DNA of 64,000 nucleotides from Marsupella aquatica. Lineage: Eukaryota > Plantae > Marchantiophyta. Within the stretch, counting starts at the first letter, position 1, and each line of letters opens with the position of its first letter. The notes below the pieces were generated by a model that saw only the letters and a list, made by a program, of their open reading frames with translations, did no database searches and had not been told where the DNA came from. Shown one piece after another: positions 13,801 to 24,175 of the stretch. The translations under genes were made by a program, and so were the position numbers. The stretch spans positions 8,208,234 through 8,272,233 of the forward strand of contig OZ316894.1 of the NCBI GenBank assembly GCA_973895155.1, read 5' to 3'.

Positions 13801-15261
13801 GACAGGGGAGCTGGACTTGTGAGCCGTGGTTGCAGCTACGTCTTGGAGCTACGACCTATGAGTTATGGCTAGAGCTACGACTTGACCTGAAGGTGACGCA
13901 TGAAGAGTAATTTTGCAATCCATGAATGTTTGTACTCAATGTTATAGATGCATAGGGTGGGTGTTGCATTTTGTTACTGTAAAATGTCCGTGATGTCGTG
14001 AGATGTTTTGTTCCTTGGATTGAGACAATTCTTAGATCTCTGCATCAGCGATTATTGTATGTCATGTCTCACCTCAGATCATGAACGTGATTGGTTGGAG
14101 ACTATATTAATTGGGGAGGAGCTCCAATCCGTTGTCATTGCTTCTCAGTGGAGTGTTGTTTTAGTAAGCTACAGGGGGCAACAGAGCGCAAGTTGCTGCT
14201 TGCAAGTTCACGCCTGCTACCTACGACTTCCGCCTGAAAGGTATGACATTCACATATGTGCATTTCTGGTCTCCAGTTGATCAATGTACTTATTCCCGCT
14301 GCCTTGAAATGGACCTCAAATTTCCATGCTCCAATACGGTACTGTGATCGAAGCCTATCACGATGCAAAAACAGAGGAGAGGCAGAATCAGAGCCCGGAC
14401 ACCAACGTGTACAGATATCACAAAGCTAAAATAGAGGAGAGGAAGAATCAGTGCTCGGCTCGGACACCAAAGTGTACAGACATCATGAAGCTAACTACAA
14501 GCTAGCAGATAGGTCAAATGCTCCCAAATCGAGTCAGAGGAAAGTTACTAAGACTACCTTCACAACTCTCAAGTCTGGAAAGTAAAAATCAGCCTGAGAC
14601 ACGTAGCAAGAACTGTTGTCTGCTTTCTTGGGGATCGTCATGTGTATGTAATTGCATACACATTCTACCTGAGGGGAGTATGATTGTACACCTCAGGTAG
14701 AACCGAGTACTATCTATCGCATGATATAATTCCTCTACAATTTTGTATTAATGTTGCCTAAGTGCTTTGTTGTATTGTTTTGGTTGTAATGACGTCACTT
14801 GCATTTCATAGTCAGTCTTAGTTGGTTGGCTTGGTACTCATTTGCTTTTCACTCCCTCTGGCTAGTGAATTTGTCTATTGTTGCTGAGCCTTAACATTTG
14901 TGTTTCTGTGGGGCTGAGCAGAGTTTGTTCCGTCTAGAAGCTGCTGTACTGAAGTGATCAGCCTCCGGCTTGGAGGTGAATCTTCAATTTTTTGTGGATC
15001 CGAGTGACTTCTGTGCAGCTGAGTTTTGCTTTGTCGGGACGATTGTGTTTGGCTAAGATGCTAGATTGTGGCTTGTCTTCTTGCTTCCAGCTTGTGTATT
15101 TTCAATTAATAGAAGTTGGGAACGAAGTGATAATTGAATTTCCTTATATTAAGCATCTTCACCTAGAAACTCAATACATAAACTCCAGGATTCCCTCGGG
15201 ACATAAAATGAGCCAAATTGTCTCAAAATTGGGAACCTGCACCCGCACTACTCAAACAATT

Positions 15262-15594
15262 GTGTTGGGCTTGGTGGCCTTGTAAGTCTTCTTTAGCTTT
15301 CGCAATGGAGGTTGAATCTTGCAGTACGTCAAGGGGAACTTGATCTTTGAATCATGGAACTGCTTGGTACTTTCTCGCTTGCACAGAGAGACAGGGACTG
15401 TCGTAGTCTTCATGATCTGGATGCAAGGGAACCGAACTCTATGACAAGAAGCCATCTCATCATACATCTGCTCTGCAGCTCCGTTTCTTGTGGTATCACA
15501 ATATTCCTTGTACATGTTGTGATAACCTGTACGACTCTGATACGTGGACCCAGATACCGAAGTTCTTAATTGTGGTGGGCTTCTTTTCGAAGAT
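15262..15594 (-). pseudogene. RPL18A: Captured 3' exon of 60S ribosomal protein L18a (eL20), frameshifted
   Basis: [16 protein letters not shown] / [46 protein letters not shown]...[17 protein letters not shown]...YKATKPN; preceded by a CAG splice acceptor. Confidence 0.93.
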
Positions 15595-16602
15595 CTGGTA
15601 GACACATTATTCAGCATTTGCTAACTTCGAAACTAGAAGGGTAACACATTAAACAACAGAGAAACTCACAACATCCTCCTTTGGTCCTTCAGAGTCTGTA
15701 CTTTGATTCTGAAGTTTGACTGAGTTTTTGTTTACTAAAAGAATGTGACTGTGTAAGAGTTCCGTTTGGCAGTGGATTGGTTGAAGCACTTCATGCTAGT
15801 GTGTTGTCCACAGCTCTTCAACCAGCTTTCGTCTTCCTTGTCTTTCACCACTTACGATGACATCAATTCAGCTAAGACCATAGAAGGTTCCAAAGCATCT
15901 AACTTGTAAAATCGCATTCTGTTACATCAAGGACTAAGGTGTTGGGTGCCAAAGGAGACAGCACAACAAACACGCTGAAAAGACTTCAGGACTGGGTTCA
16001 ACAAGGTAGTGAAGGTGCTTAGAGCCATAGTAAGTATGCATTCTGTATCTTTCTCTATTGATGTGAGCTTGTGCATAATGGGAGTTGTAGTTGGCAAGAG
16101 TTCCAAATATGAATAGATCCAGAAGTATGTGATCATGTACTTGCTCTATAAAGTTCTGAAGATATAAGCATTTTCTGTTAGACCAGGCAACTTGGGAGTT
16201 GGTAAGTGTCACCTGCATCTGAGGGGCTACACCGGGGCATCAGTGGAGGTTCACTTGCACAACACGACAACCAGTGAATTTTCTCTCTGCTGCAACCTGC
16301 AAGGTGAGACTTTCGGTCTTTCTGGATGAAAAAACAGGAGTTTAATATGATTGATATACATGTCCGTCGAGAATATGGGTTTATCACCAAGCTCTTTGTC
16401 TTAGGAAACTCATAAACTCAGAATCAAATATGTACTATGCACGTTTCATGCTATGTGTATACTATGACCTGTAGTTGGAACCAAGACAATGAGTGGGAAC
16501 TGATTAGTTTAGGTGGTTGCTGTTGGCGAGGCAAGTCGACCTCCTGCTCACCTTGCTCATCAAAGGACGTGAACAGAGGACATCACAACGAAAGCAACAC
16601 TT

Positions 16603-17052
16603 ATGGTGAGGACCCGCAACGCTGAACATGTGCGACTTGCACGCAAGGCAGAGATGTTGCGCCTTGAGTATGTCAGACTTGGGATCCTTCCAGCCCAGTC
16701 TGCATGGTACTTTGAGTACCCTGTTGTTTCCAGGAACAACTACAGCCGGCCTCTACCTGCTTCAGTACCCTTCCCGACATCCTTGGTATTTGTGTCTCTT
16801 GTACATGACCCGCCACAAATTAGGTGCCAAGGGTGTGTACACAGTTGCCAATATGACTGTCCTGCCTGTAGGGCTTCTGGCCCAGAATTGGATGACCGTT
16901 CTCTTGGATGCCGATTTTTGCACAGAGCACAATGTATCATCTGGAACCACTCGCCATCCTGCAGTGTGCCTGGTGATGTCACTTGTCCTGCCCTCCCAGA
17001 CCCCACCACCGGTGACTTTGGTGTCTACACATGTTTGGATCACATGCTCTAG
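16603..17052 (+). CDS. Small Cys/His-rich protein, possible PHD/zinc-finger-like CACTA cargo
   Basis: 149 aa, ATG to stop; CxxC..CxxC..GCRFLHRAQC..C..C..CLDH pattern; same strand as the other cargo ORFs. Confidence 0.4.
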   Translation: MVRTRNAEHVRLARKAEMLRLEYVRLGILPAQSAWYFEYPVVSRNNYSRPLPASVPFPTSLVFVSLVHDPPQIRCQGCVHSCQYDCPACRASGPELDDRSLGCRFLHRAQCIIWNHSPSCSVPGDVTCPALPDPTTGDFGVYTCLDHML

Positions 17053-17750
17053 AGGACCACTTGTCACACCGCATGCACAGTCCAGATACCATTGACCTAT
17101 AGCTTAACACTCTGACTTCAACACAGAGGATATTTACTTAAAATTTTGATGTATGAGCAATTTTGGGTCCAGGGTTTAGAGTCAACAGTACATAACTTAT
17201 ATCCTATTATGCCTGCACTAAGCAAAATATCCTAATTTAAGAGGCTAGCAAACTCGCATAAAAGTCTCTATTGAAAGACTGCTTTCATGACTGCTTTAAC
17301 CTGGTGAACATTGCAACGTTGACTGAATTAATGGGCCATGTGATAATATGCAAAATGATTTATGCCTCACTTATTTGTCTCAGCCACTATCATAACCTAT
17401 TTAGGATGTATAAATTTCAACCCTTATGACACTGCTTCATACCAATCCTCTTCGAAGAATGCCTGTTTTACATGTCACGACTATTGTATGTGATTCAAAT
17501 GCATGAAATGTTGTTGCAGATCTCCTTTGGTGAATCATAGCCACAATTAAAATTGAGGTGTTGGTGGAGAAATTGTATTAGGGGATCAGTTTTGTGTGTG
17601 GGCTCAACATACCAAAAGTATATGTGCTCTGCATCCTTGTGTGGCCATTCCAATTCATTGCAGTAGCAAATGCCTTTGTACCTTAAATGCTAAATATATT
17701 TTACTTTCTGTGCAGTCTGCTAAATTGTAGAGTCTATCTCATGCGCAGGC

Positions 17751-18431
17751 ATGGCACGGCCTAAAATTCAAGCCAAAAAGCGTGTGATAGAGGTGAGAAA
17801 CACAGGTGTACTTGGGGCAGATGCTACTAACTTCTCTGCAAGTCAGATTTTCCAGAAGGCAGCTCATTGTTGTGCCATTTGTGACGATGGTGGGGGCCTG
17901 GTCATTTGTGAGGGCCCTTGCATGAGGCATTTCCACCTCAACCCGGAGTCTGACCTTGCTGCAGAAAACAACTGTCCAGGGGTGGGCCTCCCGTCAACAC
18001 ACCAGGGAGACTGGATGTGCACTGATTGTTTGGAGAAGCAGGCTAAGTGTGCACAGTGTGGGAAGTTGGGGTCCTATGAGGGCTCTGTTGATGCTGCAGC
18101 AAATGTTAGGAAATGTCCAGACCGTTTTTGTGTGAGATTTTTCTGTTTTGAGTGTTTGCCTGCTCATGCCACAGCTTGCCCACTTCATAGGTGCAAGGCA
18201 TGTGGTGAGCATGATGATGACTATTGGACTGACATAGTCCACTGTGCTAGGTGTCCCACTATGTGGCACTATCATTGCCTGAAAGATCATCAAGCAGAGG
18301 GTTATGCTTGTGACAGAGAAATCTATGATCACTCTGCACATGGTGTTGATCGATGGATATTTTATTGTCATCGCCATGCCATTGATCCTACCTCGCGCAC
18401 TCCTGTGAGAGATCACATATCTTGGCTGTGA
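17751..18431 (+). CDS. Stand-alone EDM2-type composite (triple) PHD finger protein
   Basis: CAICDDGGGLVICEGPCMRHFH...CAQCGKLGS...CPLHRCKAC...CARCPTMWHYHCL...IFYCHRHAIDPTSRTPVRDHI matches the recalled EDM2 pattern CAICDNGG..CEG.C.R.FH / CPLHKC / CRRCP.SYH.KCL / IYC..H.ID....TPVRDH. Intact single ORF after a splice acceptor. Confidence 0.85.
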   Translation: MARPKIQAKKRVIEVRNTGVLGADATNFSASQIFQKAAHCCAICDDGGGLVICEGPCMRHFHLNPESDLAAENNCPGVGLPSTHQGDWMCTDCLEKQAKCAQCGKLGSYEGSVDAAANVRKCPDRFCVRFFCFECLPAHATACPLHRCKACGEHDDDYWTDIVHCARCPTMWHYHCLKDHQAEGYACDREIYDHSAHGVDRWIFYCHRHAIDPTSRTPVRDHISWL

Positions 18432-19023
18432 AGCTGAACATTGTACATGCACAGTGCACCTGATGTGGATGTACTATTTTTTGAGATTGCAGAGATTCCA
18501 ATTTTGAAAAGGAGTTGGGTAGGCGAGTTTATATAGGCAGCACTTATCTTGTGCTCTGGCGTCAGTGGCTGGGTACATGCCTATACAAACTTATCCTTAC
18601 AAGCCTTCTTGGAAGTATTTAGGCTGAGTGGTCATTTTCATAAACACTTTCATCAGACTGCTAAATTAAAACAGGACTTCTAAGTTGTAAGCGTTTAAAT
18701 TATCAGGCATGCAATTAATCAAATTGCCCTATAAGTTTGTCATTGAATGTATCCTCCTTTACAACAAAATATGTATGTGCCATGACAAGTTGGTTGCACT
18801 TCATTTCACCACGGATATGGATTTTGTAGTATATATTCAAACAATGTCCTGCATCCGTGCAGGTGCCTAGTACGTATTGTTCACATATCCCTTGTACCTA
18901 TCAAAATCGGACCTGAGCACCAGTGGGCCAGATCAACTCAAAAAGCAGGAATTTTGTTGTCCTTGTATTGTCAGGTGAACCCATTCTTCCAAAATTCACT
19001 GTCATCATGTAGAGTGTGTGTAC

Positions 19024-19902
19024 ATGGAGCCTGGTAAACGTAGAAAGTGTGACCACCCAGCAGTGTTTACAGGGGTCAGAGCAATTTTGGTCCATGGCCA
19101 GCATGGGTTGACCAAAGTGCATTGGCCAACTGTACAGAAACGATTCTCTGAGCTCCATGGCACTGTAGTTCAGGACATCACTCCAGAGACTACACATGTT
19201 GTTGCAGGGACATGGCTATCAGTGATAAAGAAGTGGTCATGGTCCTACATGAATTCTGCAATTACTAAGCAAGGCCTAAAAGTAGTTGAGGCCTCTTGGA
19301 TCACAGATTCCATAGCACATAAGATTGTACAGGATACTGAGCAATATGAGTTGTGGGAGGATGAAGAAGCTTCTGCATCAGCTTGGGCTGAACAAGAAGT
19401 CTGGGAAGCAAAGGCACGGCTTGCTGATCTCCAATATGGACCTGTACTCAACAAAGGACAGAGCTCTACAAGGCTGAAGTGTATGTTGGCTGAGGAGACG
19501 AAGCAACCAACCCCCATTCTGAAAGGGCTGAGCATGGTATTTGTGGAGGCGGGAATTGGAGAGGTTAAGTGCAAAGTGTACAAGTCCACAGTGCTTGACC
19601 TAGGTGGGACAGTGGAGGAGAATATAACAGAGGACACCACTCATGTCATTACTAAGTCATATCCCAAAGCCTGCCGCAAGTTTGGGAAGGGAGACATTCG
19701 CTTTTATGTCATGTCCCATAATGTGTTTGTGGTTTCATATGCTTGGCTTGTGGAATCAGTAGCAGCTGGGAAGCGTCAAAACCCAATGGACTATGATCTT
19801 TTTGAGGCTGGCCACGGAAGGGTCAGGATCCTTACAGAGAGGACTATGAGACAACAAGTGAGGAATGGGTCATTAGCGATTCTGAATCAGAGTGAGGAGT
19901 AG
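19024..19902 (+). CDS. Tandem BRCT-domain protein (both domains resemble the DNA polymerase lambda/X-family BRCT)
   Basis: Two repeats: GTVVQDITPETTHVV...VVEASWITDS...QYEL and GGTVEENITEDTTHVI...VVSYAWLVES...DYDL; BRCT hallmarks GG/THV/WxxxS; intact ORF. Confidence 0.8.
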   Translation: MEPGKRRKCDHPAVFTGVRAILVHGQHGLTKVHWPTVQKRFSELHGTVVQDITPETTHVVAGTWLSVIKKWSWSYMNSAITKQGLKVVEASWITDSIAHKIVQDTEQYELWEDEEASASAWAEQEVWEAKARLADLQYGPVLNKGQSSTRLKCMLAEETKQPTPILKGLSMVFVEAGIGEVKCKVYKSTVLDLGGTVEENITEDTTHVITKSYPKACRKFGKGDIRFYVMSHNVFVVSYAWLVESVAAGKRQNPMDYDLFEAGHGRVRILTERTMRQQVRNGSLAILNQSEE

Positions 19903-20328
19903 TAGCATCAGTTTGGACACAAGTTTTTTTGTATAAATCAGATCATTGAAATAAATGTGATCTTTGAACTAATGTACCTTGTTATGGTTGGTGGCAGTTG
20001 GGCTTATTTTACTGTTGGCGGATTGTTGTTTCCTGCTGCCTGGGGGTGTCACTGTAAACGTACATGCAGAGGCGGTACATTTGAGGACAGTGGAGGAGGT
20101 GGTGACACCCTCCAACATTTAGGAATTTTGTGTCATTCACTTGACAATAGGTACACTACTTGCGAACCTGTTTTTTTCTTTTGGGGTGGTTTAGGGTTTG
20201 TGAGAATTTAGTACACGTTATGTTAACTCTTTTGGCAGATACAATCAGGGATATATGGAACACAAATACCACCATTAGGCATCCTTGTTCACTGCTGTCC
20301 ATGACTGCAGAGCTCCCAGCCTGTTACA

Positions 20329-23300
20329 ATGCACCCTGGTCACCACCCTCCCCAGACCCAGCCCAGGGCACAGGCACTGCCTTTGCATCATCCCACAAGG
20401 ATATCACGCCATGATAATAAGCTTTGGCAGCGTGAAAGGTTACGAACCAGACTTTCAGGAGCCAGTAGGATGAGATGTCCTTGTGCAATCTGCCAAGGAT
20501 CCCGTACCAGGGGTCTGAATGAGGTTTGGCGGCATATCGCGGTTCATGGAAGAGATCCACGACATCGAGTTTGGAATGATCCTGCAGAGGAAGATTCTTC
20601 CGACGAGGAGTGGAGGTTAGAATTTGATGCTGCCAATGCTGCAAGACGGGCAAGTGAGGTTCTGCCTGGTGCATTTGAAAATGTTGTAGCTGGTCTCTGT
20701 GGGTTGTCAGCTCTCCAACGGGATGGTGCTCAGGCAGCACCACGTGACGAAGGAATTCATGTGGAAGAGATGGTGAGAGACATCTTCCAAGACTTGGATG
20801 CATTTCATGATGGCTGGACAATGAAGAGGATACGGCTGCAGATGCAAGTGTGCCCCCTGTCGAAGAGCCTCTTGATGAGTTTGAGATAGGGCAGGAAACC
20901 CCTGGGCATGATGGGATGTTTGGCTCTCCCCTGCAAATACAGGAAGGCAGGAAGTCTTTGTACCCCGGTAGCAAATGTTCTAAACTGGGATTTGTCATCA
21001 TGTTCCTGAACATTTGCGGCAACCACAATGTCCCCAACATTTTGGTTTCTGAGTTGTTGGCATTCTTGCGAACAACTGTGCTACCAGATGGTAATATTTT
21101 GCCCAAGAACATGTACGAGGCAAAAAGATGCATATCTAATCTTGGATTGAACTATGATTCGATCCATGCCTGTCCTGATGGGCATGTTCTTTTCAGAAAG
21201 GAGTATAAAGAATCGTTGACATGCCCTAAGTGTGGGAAGCACAGGTATCGGAACTCAGGAAAGTCTATGGTTCCCGCCAAGGTACTTCGTCATTTTCCAC
21301 TCATTCCCAGACTTCAGCGGATGTTCAGAAGCCGTGCCATCTCGGAGATGATGACTTGGGCAACTGACAAGAAAAGTGATGATGGGCTACAACGACATGC
21401 TGCAGATTCAAGGCAATGGAAACTCATAGATGAGATGTATCCCGAATTTGCTGTTGAGCCGAGGAATGTCAGACTTGGGCTGTCATTGGATGGGGTAAAC
21501 CCATTTGGAGACAAGAACAACAAATTTTCGTGCTGGCCTGTAACTATTTTGAATTATAACCTTCCTCCTTGGATGACTACAAAGCGATTTTTTGTTCTGA
21601 TGGTCCTACTGATACCAGGGCCAGACAGTGCTGTATCTGCCAACATAGATGTGTTTCTGGCTCCCCTAGTGGAGGAATTGAGAAAGCTTTGGGAGGAAGG
21701 AGTTCTCACATATGATGTCCTACAGAGGCTTGGGAGGTTAAACCCATTCATCCTTAGAGCCATTGTCATTCTGACTATAGCTGACTACCCAGCCCATGGG
21801 ATGATATCAGGCCAAACAACAAAAGGATATTGTGCTTGTACTATCTGTGGGCGCAATGTCACCAGTGAGTACTCCAGAGCCCTGCAGAAAGTGATATACA
21901 TGGGCCATCGTCGTTTTCTGAAGGCAGATCACCCTTACAGAGAAAGACAAGCACTGATTGCACACTTTGGCAATGAGATTGAGCAACGTGGACCCCCGGC
22001 ACGAGTGACCAAAGAGGAGATCAGGCAGTGGGGAGCACTGAGGGATGACTATATCAAACGAGGGGGCAGGGAAGATGGAGTGAGTGATCCAATAAAGCGA
22101 TATGGTGTAAAAAGACTGAGCATATTGGACTTGGAGCTCAAGTACTGGAGGGTAAGCCTCTTGGAGTTGATGCTAATTGGGATACATGTTTTGGTTCAGA
22201 GCATGTGCATTCATTTCGAAGAGAGAGACTAAACTTGAGGCATTTCCTGACGCTTTTGCATTGCACGATGCAGGAGTTTGAGCCAAGCAAACATAACATT
22301 GATGTTATGCACATTGAAAAGAATATTTGTGAGAGTCTACTCAGATTCTTGTGTGGAGAGAAAGACAATGGTTCAGTGAGATTGGATCTTGAACAGAGGG
22401 GAATGAAACCCCATCTTTGGTTGAGGCCACATGCCCACAGAGCTGATGTGCTCTTGAAGTACCAAGCGCCCTATGTTCTGACAGACACAAAGTGGGAACT
22501 ATTTGTGCAGAGGTTGAGTTCTTTGAAGGTTCCTTCAAACTATGGCAGTGCTTTCAAGAAGCATATCATGACTAGAAAGCTTGGTAGTATGAAAAGCCAT
22601 GACTACCATATGTTGATGCAACATGTGTTGCCTTTATGCCTGAGGGGCCTGTTGCAGAAGCCTGTTCGTACTGTGATCATGCGACTCAGTGATGTGTTTC
22701 GTCGTATTTGTGTGAAGGTTTGGGATGAAACACACTTCCCACAACTGACAGAAGATGTCGCTCAGGTGCTGTGTGACCTGGAGATTTATTTTCCTCCCGC
22801 ATTTTTTGATGTCATGACCCACCTACTTGTCCATGTTGTGGAATACCCTTTGGAACGGTACATGAAGCTACTCAAAGGTCACGTGAGAACATATTACAAA
22901 CCTGAAGCAAGCATGGCTAAAGGTTACATCAAGGATGAGACTCTGGGATTTCTGACCGAATACATAGCACAATATGAGCATGTGAAGACCAGGGTGTGGA
23001 ATTCTGATGAGGAGGAAGGGGTGATAGGTGAAGTACTGGAAGGGGCTGCAACCACAAAGAACCTGACCATATCTATGAGAGACTTGGCACATGACTTTGT
23101 ATTGCACAACACTGTGGTGATGGAACCCTGGATACAGTGAGTGCATACATGTGCTATAATCCAGTTCATGAGCTTAAATGTTGTGTTCGTGTGGTTTTCT
23201 CCTTCAGCCTGTTCATGTTTACCCAAGCTAATGCTGTGTGGTTGTTCGTTCAGGGAGTATGAGTCATTGAAGGCGGCCCATCCCACTGCAGGAACAACTT

Positions 23301-24019
23301 TTCCAGGTTTCATGGAGTGGATCAGAGTGGCAATTAGAGAGCATCACGAGACCCACCCAGACATGGATGCAGATGTTTACCTACTGTCTAATGCCCCTAG
23401 CCTGAAAGTGAAGACTTACAAACGGATGAGAGCATATGGGAATCACTTCCGAGTGAAGGATGGTGACAGTGCCTACAGGGTGACGAATGACTGCGGGCTC
23501 ATCACTGTATTTGAGCAACAGAGCCACAATCACGACAGGGCCTGGATGGAGATGGGATATGTGGGAGAATTAGTTGACATATGGGCTCTGGACTATGGGG
23601 CGGTGTCCAGTCCTGTGATTCTTATGAAAGGTTCATGGGTGCGGCAGGATTGGCTTGGTAACAGGGCTACCATGAAGAGAGACAACGACGGTTTCTTGCT
23701 GGCCAATTTCAGAGGGAAATTGCCCGAATGGTCTGAGCCATTTGTGTTTCCTAGTCAGGTGGAGCAAGCTTTCTTCCTGGATGTGGAAGACTCCCCAGGT
23801 TGGCGTGTAGTGTGTCATAAACAGGCCAGGCAACGTCGGATGGAAGGATCAAACCTTGAGTTTCATTTACACTCTCATAGTGCCTTTGATCGTCGGCGTT
23901 CAGACCAAGTGCCTGTAGTTCATGATAGCGGGGACTTCATTCCTGTGACAAGGGTAGATGCATTTGCTGAAGGAGGCAAATTCAGAGATGCAGATGCCAA
24001 CAGTGTGCCTGTGCCATGA
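20329..24019 (+). pseudogene. CACTA TnpD transposase (Transposase_21, DUF4218, DUF4216), defective
   Basis: RCPCAIC N-domain; IHACPDGH, EPRNVRLGLSLDGVNPF, YNLPPW, ADYPA, IDVMHIEKN, MKSHDYH, FFDVMTHL, EPFVFPSQVEQAFF. Introns ~22152-22273 and ~23138-23253. Frameshift ~20812 and loss of the GPVxxRWM segment before YPLERYM. Confidence 0.92.
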
Positions 24020-24175
24020 GTAATGTGAATTGTTTGCATGGACATTAGTGAGGGGAAGGATGTGTAATAAAGTAATTCTGAAGCAACACAGATGTATGGA
24101 TGGATGCCTGGTGATTGTGGTTGCATTGTGTTATACGGGGTGACCATAGATGACATGTTTTTGTGGTCCAGTAGG

